Shown: positions 9,528 through 18,287 of the stretch, in pieces | Position numbering within the stretch: the first letter of the stretch is position 1 | Layout of the letters: every line of letters starts with the position of its first letter | Assembly (NCBI GenBank): GCA_031422315.1 | Contig: JANOQN010000074.1 | Coordinates: forward strand, 19,444-83,443 | Reading direction: 5' to 3' | Origin: Rhodanobacteraceae bacterium | GTDB taxonomy: Bacteria; Pseudomonadota; Gammaproteobacteria; Xanthomonadales; SZUA-5 | Length of the DNA stretch: 64,000 bases | The notes under the pieces: model-generated | What the model saw: only the letters and a program-made list of their open reading frames with translations | Database searches by the model: none | Told to the model about the DNA's origin: nothing | Made by a program: the position numbers and the translations under genes

Positions 9528-10265
9528 ATGCGAAAGCCATTTATTGCCGGAAATTGGAAAATGCAGCTTGATCGTGAAGGCGCGAGCATGCTTGCAGCGG
9601 GCGTGCATGCGCGCGCGGGCGTTGATGTGCTGATTGCGCCCGCGTTTATCCATTTAAGCGATGTCGCAAAAGCGATGACCAGCGGCGTGATGCTCGCTGC
9701 GCAAACTTTAGCCTGCCACACCAATGGCGCCTACACCGGTGAAGTGTCGGGTGAAATGCTGCTAGATATCGGCTGTAGCTACGTATTAGTCGGTCATTCC
9801 GAGCGCCGCGCGCTGTTTGCCGAGACAGATGTCATGGTTGCACTCAAGTTTGCGCGCGCGCAAGCAGCAGGACTAACACCGATTGTTTGTGTTGGTGAAA
9901 CACTCGCCGAGCGCGAAGCGAATCAAACCGAAGCGGTGGTTACGCGCCAGCTCATGGCCGTGTTAGATCATGTAGGCGCGGCGGCTTTTGCGAATGCGCT
10001 CATTTCGTATGAACCGGTTTGGGCTATAGGCACTGGCAAAACCGCTTCGCCTGAACAAGCGCAGGCGGTACACGCGCATATTCGTAGCCAGATTTCTAAG
10101 CACGATGCTACTATTGCGGGCTCAGTGCGCGTCTTGTATGGCGGCAGTGTCAAAAGCAGCAATGTGCAGTCGCTGATGTTGATGCCAGATATTGATGGCG
10201 CACTGGTCGGCGGAGCCTCGCTTAACGCTGAAGAGTTCAACAAAATTGTGGCTGCCGCGGTATAG
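9528..10265 (+). CDS. tpiA: triosephosphate isomerase
   Basis: Canonical TIM motifs: IAGNWKMQ, VGHSERR, AYEPVWAIGTGKTA, YGGSV. Confidence 0.95.
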   Translation: MRKPFIAGNWKMQLDREGASMLAAGVHARAGVDVLIAPAFIHLSDVAKAMTSGVMLAAQTLACHTNGAYTGEVSGEMLLDIGCSYVLVGHSERRALFAETDVMVALKFARAQAAGLTPIVCVGETLAEREANQTEAVVTRQLMAVLDHVGAAAFANALISYEPVWAIGTGKTASPEQAQAVHAHIRSQISKHDATIAGSVRVLYGGSVKSSNVQSLMLMPDIDGALVGGASLNAEEFNKIVAAAV

Positions 10266-10339
10266 CAGTCGAAATTCTCTTACTTTGACTGCCATATTGC
10301 TGGCATCACAGTTTTTCAATCGTACACGGATAGCGCATC

Positions 10340-10858
10340 ATGGCCTGGGCAAAACTTCTCGTTCCTTTTTTTAACGTGCTGTATGTGGTTATTGCGCTAA
10401 CGATGATTGGCTTGATCTTGGTGCAGCGCGGCGCGGGCGCGCAGGCGGGCTCAGGTTTTGGCTCCGGTGCTTCCGGAACGGTTTTTGGATCACACGGCTC
10501 GGCGAATTTTATGTCACGCGCGACTTCGGTCTGTGCGACGATTTTTTTCTTGATCAGCTTAGGCATGGGGATTTATATTTCGCATGGCGGTCGAGCCAAG
10601 CCCACCGACGCTGGCGGCGTAATGAGCGATTTCCAAGCTGAAGCGCCTAAACCTGCAGTAAGTGAGATTCCTGGCTTGCCTGCGGGTGTTATTCCTGCGG
10701 CGCCCGGCGCTGTTCCAGTTGCTGGCGCGCCTGCCGCGAATCCTGTTATCACCACAGAAATACCGGCAGCTGCAGAAGCCGTTCCTGCGCCCGCCGATGC
10801 TACGCCAGTGGTTCCAGCGCAAGTTCCGGCTCCAACGCCTACGCCAAACCCAAACTGA
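10340..10858 (+). CDS. secG: preprotein translocase subunit SecG (with Pro/Ala-rich C-terminal extension)
   Basis: TM1, then QRGAGAQAGSGFGSGASGTVFGSHGSANFMSRAT, then TM2, matching SecG. Conserved tpiA-secG-tRNA-Leu synteny. Confidence 0.88.
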   Translation: MAWAKLLVPFFNVLYVVIALTMIGLILVQRGAGAQAGSGFGSGASGTVFGSHGSANFMSRATSVCATIFFLISLGMGIYISHGGRAKPTDAGGVMSDFQAEAPKPAVSEIPGLPAGVIPAAPGAVPVAGAPAANPVITTEIPAAAEAVPAPADATPVVPAQVPAPTPTPNPN

Positions 10859-10964
10859 AGCAAACCGTATTTTAGGACTTAAAAGTCAGTTTTCTGAGCC
10901 AGCTTTCTGGATATACTTGCGGTCCGGCCTGTAGTTAGTTTTGCCCAACCTCGCTTTACGCAAT

Positions 10965-11049
10965 GCACTCGTGGTGGAATTGGTAGACACGCTACTTTGA
11001 GGTGGTAGTGGAGTAATCCGTGACGGTTCGAGTCCGTCCGAGTGCACCA
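10965..11049 (+). tRNA. tRNA-Leu (anticodon GAG), class II tRNA with long variable arm
   Basis: Acceptor stem gcactcg/cgagtgc, discriminator A, and CCA. D-arm GGAATTGGTAGAC. Anticodon stem-loop ctact-TTGAGGT-ggtag gives anticodon GAG. T-arm GGTTCGAGTCC. Confidence 0.9.
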
Positions 11050-11146
11050 AGGTTTGGCGCTTAGGCGGTCAATTTAGCGGCTTCACGCCGCTTTTTCTTG
11101 GCGCGGCGCTTTATTTCTGTACGCTTTAACTAATCGAGAAAAACCT

Positions 11147-11179
11147 AGCCCTCAGCTTTCCGAGCTGAGGGCTTTTTTG
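11147..11179 (+). terminator. rho-independent terminator downstream of tRNA-Leu
   Basis: agccctcagct-ttccg-agctgagggct followed by TTTTTT. Confidence 0.8.
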
Positions 11180-11292
11180 CGTTTGAGTCTCACAAAACGC
11201 TGACACGTTGACGAATGGTTTTCGGTAACCAAGCGCGTCTGATTGTGCAAAACTAGCGTTATTGGATTGACTTTAATTTGAGTAAACGACGC

Positions 11293-12339
11293 ATGGCATT
11301 GGTAGATTGGTGTGAAAAAGGCTTTATTCCGGATTTTTTAACGCGTTTGGGCATCCGCAGGCTTTGCGTGCAGCGGTTGAAAGAGCAAATGGAAGGCGAT
11401 TGGAAAGCCCGCCAGCTAAACTTTTTAGACACGCTGCGTGCCAGCGCGGTGGCCATTGAAACCAAAGCCGCGAACGAGCAGCACTACGAATTGCCGCCGC
11501 CGTTTTTCGTCAATTGCTTAGGCGCGCGCTTGAAATATTCCAGCTGCTACTACCCGCATGGCGGTGAAACACTGGACCAAGCGGAAGTGGCCATGTTGAA
11601 ACTTTATTTGGAACGCGCTGAGTTAAAAGATGGTCAAGATATTCTAGAACTGGGCTGCGGCTGGGGTTCGATGACCTTATGGATGGCGGAAAACTACCCG
11701 AATGCGCGCATCACTGCGGTATCTAATTCCGCGCCGCAGCGGCTTTTTATTGAAGCGCGCTGCCTTGAGCGTGGCTTCAAGCACGTCAAAGTCATCACCC
11801 AGGATGTGAATCAACTCGAATTACCAAACGCTCAGTTTGATCGCGTGGTTTCGATTGAGATGTTCGAACATATGCGCAATTACGAGGTGCTTTTGAGCCG
11901 AATTGCCGGCTGGCTTAAACCCTCAGGCAAGCTGTTTGTGCATATTTTTTGCCATAAAACGCTGGCCTACCCTTTTGAAACAATCGGTGACGACAACTGG
12001 ATGGGCCGCTATTTTTTCACCGGCGGGCAAATGCCAGCGTTTGACACCTTTCGGCAGTTTGCTAAAGATTTGATGGTGGAGGCGGATTGGAAAGTCGCCG
12101 GCACGCACTATGAGCGCACCAGCAATCAATGGTTGGAAACGATGGATGCCAACAAAAGTAAGATCATGCCGCTGTTTGATGAAACCTACGGAAGCGAAGC
12201 GAAAATCTGGTTTCAGCGCTGGCGCATGTTTTACATGGCCTGCGCTGAGCTGTTCGGCTACGACAGCGGGCAAGAATGGCTGGTTGGGCACTATCGCTTC
12301 GTCAAAGCACGTACGCACGCAGGGCTTGAAATTTCCTAA
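11293..12339 (+). CDS. cfa: cyclopropane-fatty-acyl-phospholipid synthase family SAM-dependent methyltransferase
   Basis: SAM-binding motif ILELGCGWGSMTLWMAE, and VSIEMFEHM, typical of the Cfa/mycolic-acid cyclopropane synthase family. The track ORF starts at TTG 11278; the first ATG is at 11293. Confidence 0.8.
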   Translation: MALVDWCEKGFIPDFLTRLGIRRLCVQRLKEQMEGDWKARQLNFLDTLRASAVAIETKAANEQHYELPPPFFVNCLGARLKYSSCYYPHGGETLDQAEVAMLKLYLERAELKDGQDILELGCGWGSMTLWMAENYPNARITAVSNSAPQRLFIEARCLERGFKHVKVITQDVNQLELPNAQFDRVVSIEMFEHMRNYEVLLSRIAGWLKPSGKLFVHIFCHKTLAYPFETIGDDNWMGRYFFTGGQMPAFDTFRQFAKDLMVEADWKVAGTHYERTSNQWLETMDANKSKIMPLFDETYGSEAKIWFQRWRMFYMACAELFGYDSGQEWLVGHYRFVKARTHAGLEIS

Positions 12340-12410
12340 CGGAGGCTTATCTTATTGGACTGCAAGCGTGCCCATCCGGCGCGCTGCGTTTTTGCATAGG
12401 ACAACTGTAC

Positions 12411-12809
12411 TTGGCAATCTTGCATAATTTTTCATACGCACATTTCGAAACCGCTCAAGGCTTGGCAGCAGTGACGCGTGTCAGTAGCGGCCAAAACGAA
12501 GATGAACGTGAAAGCCAGCATGGCTTAGCTTTGCAAGACGACAAAGCGGAGGTCAAACCGCCGGCCATGTGGCGCGTTTTGCTAATGAATGACGATTACA
12601 CGCCAATGGAATTCGTTATATCCGTGCTACAAATGTTTTTCTCGATGAATCATGAATCCGCTTACCGAGTCATGATGCACGTCCACACGCGCGGCAAAGG
12701 CGTGTGCGGGGTGTATTCCAAGGAAATCGCGGAAACCAAAGTCGCGCAGGTCAATCACTTCGCTGTTTCTCATCAACACCCGCTGAAATGCGCCATGGAG
12801 GAAGTTTAA
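12411..12809 (+). CDS. clpS: ATP-dependent Clp protease adaptor ClpS
   Basis: KPPAMWRVLLMNDDYTPMEFVISVLQMFF matches the ClpS core. The start is uncertain (TTG at 12411 or in-frame GTG at 12471, which gives a more typical length). Confidence 0.88.
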   Translation: MAILHNFSYAHFETAQGLAAVTRVSSGQNEDERESQHGLALQDDKAEVKPPAMWRVLLMNDDYTPMEFVISVLQMFFSMNHESAYRVMMHVHTRGKGVCGVYSKEIAETKVAQVNHFAVSHQHPLKCAMEEV

Positions 12810-12811
12810 TC

Positions 12812-15088
12812 ATGTATTCCAAGGATTTAGAACAAACCATCAGCGCCGGCTACCGGGAAGCGCGCGCTAGGCGCCATGAATTTATGACGGTCGAGCACTT
12901 ACTTTTGACGCTGCTTGAGAATGCCTCCGCAACTCAAGTTTTGCGCGCCTGCGGCTCTGATCTTGAGCGGCTCGGTGATGATTTGAAGCGGCAAATTCGC
13001 GAAAGCGTGCCGATTTTGGCCTCCGATGATGAGCGCGATACCCAGCCGACCATTGGCTTTCAGCGCGTTTTACAGCGCGCGGTACTTTCAGTGCAATCCT
13101 CAGGCCGTAAGGAAGTTACCGGCGCGAATGTGCTGGTCGCGATTTTTGCTGAGAAGGAATCCTTTTCGGTCTATTTATTGGCGCAGCAGGACATCACTCG
13201 GTTGGACGTGGTGAACTACATCAGCCACGGCATCAGCAAAGTCGGTGGTGACGTCAAACCCGATGCGGAAAGCAAATCCGAAAGCGCCGAGCCAGAAAAA
13301 CAATCCGCGCTCGATAGCTACGCCAGCAATCTCAATGAACTGGCAAGGCTTGGCAAAATCGATCCGCTGATTGGTAGAGCTGACGAGATTGAGCGCACTA
13401 TTCAAGTGCTGTGCCGACGCCGTAAAAATAATCCGCTTTACGTCGGCGAAGCCGGTGTAGGTAAAACTGCGATGGCTGAAGGACTAGCTAAGCGCATCAT
13501 CGAAAATGATGTGCCAGAAATCCTGAAGGAATCGGTGATTTATTCACTCGATTTAGGCTCCCTCGTGGCTGGCACTAAATATCGCGGTGATTTTGAAAAG
13601 CGCTTGAAAGCGCTGATTGCTGAGTTGGTTTTGCTTCCGAAAGCGATCTTGTTCATTGATGAAATCCACACGATTATCGGCGCTGGTTCGGCATCGGGTG
13701 GCACCATGGACGCTAGCAATCTGATCAAGCCGCTGCTGGCTTCGGGCGATGTGCGCGTCATGGGTTCGACCACGTTTCAAGAATATCGCAGCGTATTTGA
13801 AAAAGATCGTGCACTGGCGCGCCGCTTCCAGAAAATCGATATCGTTGAGCCCACCCAGGCCGATGCGATTGATATTTTGCGCGGCATCAAATCTAAATTC
13901 GAAGAGCATCACAATGTCGAATACGCTTTTGATGCGATTCGCGCGGCGGTTGAGCTATCGGTCAAGCACATTCATGATCGCTTCTTGCCTGATAAAGCCA
14001 TCGACGTACTCGATGAAGCCGGCGCCCGTCAACGCATGCTGACGCCCGAGTTGCGCAAGAAAATTGTTGATGTGCCCGAGATCGAATACATCATCTCGAA
14101 AATGGCGCGCATTCCGGCCAAGCACGTATCGGTCAGTGACAAAGCCACGCTGCAAAATCTCGAGCGCGATTTGCGCATGATGGTGTTCGGCCAAGAAGCC
14201 GCGATTACTGCACTCGCCAGCGCCATTAAAATGTCGCGCTCCGGCTTGAACGACCCAAATCGCCCGCTCGGCTCCTTCTTGCTGGCAGGCCCGACTGGCG
14301 TCGGGAAAACCGAAGTTGCGCGTCAGTTAGCGATAGTCATGGGCATTGAGCTGCTGCGTTTTGATATGAGCGAATACATGGAACCGCATTCGGTTTCTAA
14401 ACTATTGGGCGCGCCGCCCGGCTATGTCGGTTTTGATACCGGCGGCCAGCTGACTGAAGCGGTCAACAAACACCCGCACGCGGTATTGCTGCTTGATGAG
14501 ATCGAAAAAGCGCATCCAGAAATCATGAACTTACTGCTGCAAGTGATGGATCGCGGCGTGCTGACCGACGCTAACGGGCGCGAATGCAGCTTTAGAAACG
14601 TTGTGCTGATCATGACTACTAATGCCGGCGCGTCTGCCGCCAGTAAACGTGCAATGGGTTTTATTTCGCAAGATCGCAGCACCGATGCGATGGAAGTCAT
14701 TCGCAAGCAGTTCTCGCCTGAGTTTCGCAATCGCATCGATGCAATCGTGCAGTTCAAAGCGCTGGATGAAGAGACGATCTTGCGCGTGGTTGAGAAGTTC
14801 CTGTTGCAGCTCGAAGCCCAGCTCAGCGATAAGCATGTGCATTTGACTGCCGATGATTTAGCGAAAAAATGGCTCGCCGAGCGCGGCTTTGATCCGATGA
14901 TGGGCGCCCGACCGATGGCGCGCATGATTCAAGATCACGTCAAACGCAAGCTGGCTGATGAGCTGCTATTTGGCAAGCTCATGAACGGTGGCAAGGTGCA
15001 TCTATCGACTGATGCCGATGGTCTATCGGTCAGTGTTGAAGCGGCTGAAGTAGCAGGCGCGACAGAGCCGGAAGTGGAGCTGGTGTAG
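12812..15088 (+). CDS. clpA: ATP-dependent Clp protease ATP-binding subunit ClpA
   Basis: The N-terminus (RHEFMTVEHLLLTLLEN) matches ClpA. Two Walker A motifs (GEAGVGKT, GPTGVGKT). The true ATG at 12812 lies 2 bp after the clpS stop; the track ORF begins upstream at 12704 in the same frame. Confidence 0.95.
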   Translation: MYSKDLEQTISAGYREARARRHEFMTVEHLLLTLLENASATQVLRACGSDLERLGDDLKRQIRESVPILASDDERDTQPTIGFQRVLQRAVLSVQSSGRKEVTGANVLVAIFAEKESFSVYLLAQQDITRLDVVNYISHGISKVGGDVKPDAESKSESAEPEKQSALDSYASNLNELARLGKIDPLIGRADEIERTIQVLCRRRKNNPLYVGEAGVGKTAMAEGLAKRIIENDVPEILKESVIYSLDLGSLVAGTKYRGDFEKRLKALIAELVLLPKAILFIDEIHTIIGAGSASGGTMDASNLIKPLLASGDVRVMGSTTFQEYRSVFEKDRALARRFQKIDIVEPTQADAIDILRGIKSKFEEHHNVEYAFDAIRAAVELSVKHIHDRFLPDKAIDVLDEAGARQRMLTPELRKKIVDVPEIEYIISKMARIPAKHVSVSDKATLQNLERDLRMMVFGQEAAITALASAIKMSRSGLNDPNRPLGSFLLAGPTGVGKTEVARQLAIVMGIELLRFDMSEYMEPHSVSKLLGAPPGYVGFDTGGQLTEAVNKHPHAVLLLDEIEKAHPEIMNLLLQVMDRGVLTDANGRECSFRNVVLIMTTNAGASAASKRAMGFISQDRSTDAMEVIRKQFSPEFRNRIDAIVQFKALDEETILRVVEKFLLQLEAQLSDKHVHLTADDLAKKWLAERGFDPMMGARPMARMIQDHVKRKLADELLFGKLMNGGKVHLSTDADGLSVSVEAAEVAGATEPEVELV

Positions 15089-15114
15089 AGTGAAAAGCAG
15101 CAAAGCCTAATGAT

Positions 15115-15143
15115 CCGCGTTAAGCTGTAGCGCGGTTCATTTG
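15115..15143 (+). terminator. possible weak terminator after clpA
   Basis: ccgcg-ttaagctgtag-cgcgg followed by ttcatttgg; the T-tract is poor. Confidence 0.3.
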
Positions 15144-15147
15144 GCGA

Positions 15148-15357
15148 GTGCTTATGAATATCCAATTGCAAGACTACCCACAGCTTCGACTGATTGCGTG
15201 GAATCTAGCGGAAGACGAAAGTATAGAGGCAGCGCAGGCGCTAGCGCTCTATGAGCGCAACTGGCGCTTTATAGAGATCGCGCAGCTGAGTGAACGAGAA
15301 AGCCAGCTCATTGAGCATCTTAAAATGTCGGTGGGTAACGGTGTTTTGAATGTTTGA
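15148..15357 (+). CDS. small protein (69 aa); candidate antitoxin or partner of the downstream nucleotidyltransferase
   Basis: The ORF overlaps the next gene by 8 bp (gtt ttg AAT Gtt TGA), implying translational coupling. No motif recognised. Confidence 0.4.
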   Translation: MLMNIQLQDYPQLRLIAWNLAEDESIEAAQALALYERNWRFIEIAQLSERESQLIEHLKMSVGNGVLNV

Positions 15358-16051
15358 GCGGCCCCACCATCAAGCCATTCAAAAGATTCTTGAGCGGCTT
15401 AACTCTGAGCTTTTGCAGAACGCTGATTGCTATTTCGGCGGAGGTACCGCAAGCGTGCTTTTGTTAGGCGAGTATCGCGAATCAGTCGATATTGACTTTC
15501 TGTGCGCATCGAAAGCGGGTTTTAGACTTATGCGCCAAAGTGTTTTACAAAATGATCTAGGCGCGCTATTAAAGTCTCCGATCAAGCATTTGCGTGCGGT
15601 GCGCTCAGACATGTACGGCATTCGCACATTCTTAGAAATGGACGGATTAGCCGTCAAAATTGAATTCATAAGTGAAGCGCGAATAACGCTGAGCGGTACG
15701 CTACATCCAAAGCTCGGCGTGCCTACGTTGTGCCAAATCGATATGGTGGTCGAAAAGCTATTGGCAAATACTGATCGCGGACTTGATGCGAGCGTGTTTA
15801 GCAGGGACATCATTGACCTCGCCATGATGATCAATGCTTGGGGCGCTGTTTCGCAACCCGCAATCGATAAAGTCAACGTCGCCTATGGTGATGGCGCTCT
15901 ACGTGCTTTCATAAACGCCTCTGCGCGTATGAGTGACGATGATTACCTCAAGCATTGTTTGAACAAAATGAAGATGGATTTAGCGCTGCTGCCCACAATA
16001 CAACACGCATTGAGTCTACCGATCGGTGATGGGGTTGTTGGCAAGCTTTAG
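15350..16051 (+). CDS. nucleotidyltransferase of the AbiEii/DUF1814-like (Pol-beta superfamily) type; candidate TA-system toxin
   Basis: Minimal NTase signature hG[GS]...DhDh: CYFGGGTASVLLLGEYRESVDIDFLCAS. The length (233 aa) and the helical C-terminal half fit AbiEii-like toxins. Confidence 0.55.
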   Translation: MFERPHHQAIQKILERLNSELLQNADCYFGGGTASVLLLGEYRESVDIDFLCASKAGFRLMRQSVLQNDLGALLKSPIKHLRAVRSDMYGIRTFLEMDGLAVKIEFISEARITLSGTLHPKLGVPTLCQIDMVVEKLLANTDRGLDASVFSRDIIDLAMMINAWGAVSQPAIDKVNVAYGDGALRAFINASARMSDDDYLKHCLNKMKMDLALLPTIQHALSLPIGDGVVGKL

Positions 16052-16063
16052 CTAGGTTTAAGG

Positions 16064-16540
16064 CTATTTTGTGTTCTCAACTGTGCGATCCCACAGCATC
16101 TCCACATGCGCAATCCCGTCCTCATCATAAGGCTCGGAAACGGTAGTGAATCCGCAGGATTGATAGAATTTCTGAAGATGTGCTTGGGCACCGATGCGAA
16201 TTCGGTGCGCACCCTGGGCTTCGCATTCGGCAATTGCCGCTTGCATCAACTGGCTACCCAAGCCCTGCCCTCGCCCAGCTTGCGTCGTAATAACCCGGCC
16301 AATTGCGATTTCTTCATAGGCCAATCCGGGCGGCACGATCCTCGCGTAAGCGAGCAAAACGCCGCTCGCATCTCGCATCAGCAGATGCTGGCTCTGCGGA
16401 TCTAGGCCGTCCAAATCTTGATACAAGCACTGCTGCTCGACAATGAATACGGCGACGCGCGCTTGCATCAGCTCATAAAGCTCAGCTGGGCTGAATTCGC
16501 TGAATTTCTTGAGCGAAAAAGTGATGTCAAGTTTGCTCAT
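16064..16540 (-). CDS. GNAT family N-acetyltransferase (ElaA-like)
   Basis: Acetyl-CoA-binding motif QAGRGQGLGSQLMQAAIAEC; the ~150-aa size and N-terminal region resemble ElaA. Confidence 0.75.
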   Translation of the reverse strand: MSKLDITFSLKKFSEFSPAELYELMQARVAVFIVEQQCLYQDLDGLDPQSQHLLMRDASGVLLAYARIVPPGLAYEEIAIGRVITTQAGRGQGLGSQLMQAAIAECEAQGAHRIRIGAQAHLQKFYQSCGFTTVSEPYDEDGIAHVEMLWDRTVENTK

Positions 16541-18252
16541 GTTGCTTGACTCAGTTTAGCCAGCTGCGCGGTGAGCTCAATTAAATCTTCATGCAAAAAC
16601 AGCACCGCCAAATCACCGGGCTTGAGCCAAGCTAAGGTTTGCGCCATGGCTTCAATATCAGTTCGCACGTAGCTGATTTTGCTTTTCGACACGCGTGCGG
16701 CGTGCAGGGTTTTCAGCAAGATTCCGCTGAGTTCGCCCTCCACCCTTCCACGCAAATAGCCGACCAGTTCTTTGACAATAATGCGATCTAGTTTAAGCTG
16801 GCCGAGTAGCGCGCCGACTTGCCGCGCGGCGTCGTCGGAGCGATCTCCTGCTAACCCAACTGCTACTAATCGCCGTTTGGCCGGCAGCGCCATGCTGGCT
16901 TGCAGCAGTGCGGCGATGCCTTCGGGGTTGTGGCCGTAATCAGCGATCACCTGTGCGCCGTTGATGTGAAATACATTGGCACGGCCTGGGTTGTCGGTGG
17001 CTTCACGGCCAAATTCAGCCAAAGATCGGCGAACAGCTTTAATCGGTAGATTCAAAGCGCTCGCGGTTGCCAATGCGGCCAGCGCATTCGCAGTGTTGTA
17101 GCGCGCGGCGCCGTTGAAGGTGATAGGCACATCCACCACCGCAATGACAGATTCACGTAAGCCGTTGATTTCACGAACTAAAAAGCCGTCGTCGACATAA
17201 CAAACCCCGAGCCGAGCGCGCTTGCCTTTTAAAATATCCAATTGCGGGCGATCCAAGCTAAACCAAATCAGCGGATGATTTAGCCGTCTGGCGTAAGCAC
17301 GGCAGTGCAAATCATCGGCATTGACCACCACCGGCGCATCGGGCGCTAAGCCGCGCACGATGGTGAATTTCGCTTCCGCCAATTGATCAAGCGTGTGTAC
17401 GCCGTTTTCGCCGAGGTGATCGTCAGCCACGTTAGTGACCAAGCCGACATCGGCATCGCTAACTTGCAAGCCGCGCCGCAGCATGCCGCCGCGCGCAACT
17501 TCCAGAATAGCCAGTTCGGTATTCGGATGGCGCAGCACGAAGCGTGCGCCGGTTGGGCCGGAATAGTCATCGCGCTGAAGTATTTCATCGCCCACTTGCA
17601 CATAGTCGGTCGAGCAAAAACCCGCGCTAAAACCCGCCGTGCGCGCCATTTTTGCCAGCAGCCGCACCGTCGTCGTTTTTCCATTAGTGCCGGTAACGAG
17701 CGCAATTGGAATTCGCCGCCGCTTCGGGTGCCAAGCGATTTCATCGGGCAGCGGCAAGTCATCCAGCGGATAAATTTTGCAGTTTTCGCCTTCACCTAGG
17801 CTCAGTTCTTTTTCCAGCAGCGTGGTCACGCCGCGCCGCTTGGCAGCCAAATAAAGTGCGGCCAAACCAGGTTTAGCTTCGGTGACAATTCGGCTCAAAA
17901 TATCATCACAGATTGACGCCAGCGAGATGGGCCGTTCGCCTAATTGCAGTCGAAACAGCGCCGCTTCCCAAGCCCATTCAGTGACGTACGTGGCCGGCAA
18001 CAGCCCGTCAATAGGTGCTGAAACTGCGAAAATCTGGCTGCCACCTTGATCTCGCGTCACGACTTGCTCGCGTTCCCAGCCGATGCGATCCAACAGCTTG
18101 CGCGCGTAATTTCGCCACAATACGCGCAGCTTGGTTCGGTGCTGCGTGGGCGCGCACACTTCCAAAATGGCACCAGGTACGCCTAAAACCAGCGAAGCGC
18201 CGGTTAGTCGTCTTGAATCAGTAACAAACGGCAAAGCCATACGCGCAGACAT
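16537..18252 (-). CDS. Mur ligase family protein, resembling the C-terminal (non-ATP-grasp) half of cyanophycin synthetase CphA
   Basis: P-loop IALVTGTNGKTTTVRLLA; DNPGRANVFHINGAQVIADYGHNPEG resembles the CphA/Mur-ligase C-terminal domain; a ~180-aa N-terminal region of unknown fold. Overlaps the GNAT gene by 4 bp. Confidence 0.65.
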   Translation of the reverse strand: MSARMALPFVTDSRRLTGASLVLGVPGAILEVCAPTQHRTKLRVLWRNYARKLLDRIGWEREQVVTRDQGGSQIFAVSAPIDGLLPATYVTEWAWEAALFRLQLGERPISLASICDDILSRIVTEAKPGLAALYLAAKRRGVTTLLEKELSLGEGENCKIYPLDDLPLPDEIAWHPKRRRIPIALVTGTNGKTTTVRLLAKMARTAGFSAGFCSTDYVQVGDEILQRDDYSGPTGARFVLRHPNTELAILEVARGGMLRRGLQVSDADVGLVTNVADDHLGENGVHTLDQLAEAKFTIVRGLAPDAPVVVNADDLHCRAYARRLNHPLIWFSLDRPQLDILKGKRARLGVCYVDDGFLVREINGLRESVIAVVDVPITFNGAARYNTANALAALATASALNLPIKAVRRSLAEFGREATDNPGRANVFHINGAQVIADYGHNPEGIAALLQASMALPAKRRLVAVGLAGDRSDDAARQVGALLGQLKLDRIIVKELVGYLRGRVEGELSGILLKTLHAARVSKSKISYVRTDIEAMAQTLAWLKPGDLAVLFLHEDLIELTAQLAKLSQAT

Positions 18253-18287
18253 CCGTTAAAGCGGTGCCTGAGTGTCAGGCTAGAACG

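Noticed and set aside
13175-14925. Multiple minus-strand ORFs (76-167 aa) within clpA
   Set aside because: They lie fully inside the strongly supported clpA frame and have no independent support.
17346-17799. Overlapping 149-aa and 138-aa ORFs inside the Mur-ligase gene
   Set aside because: Alternative or antisense frames of a well-supported CDS.
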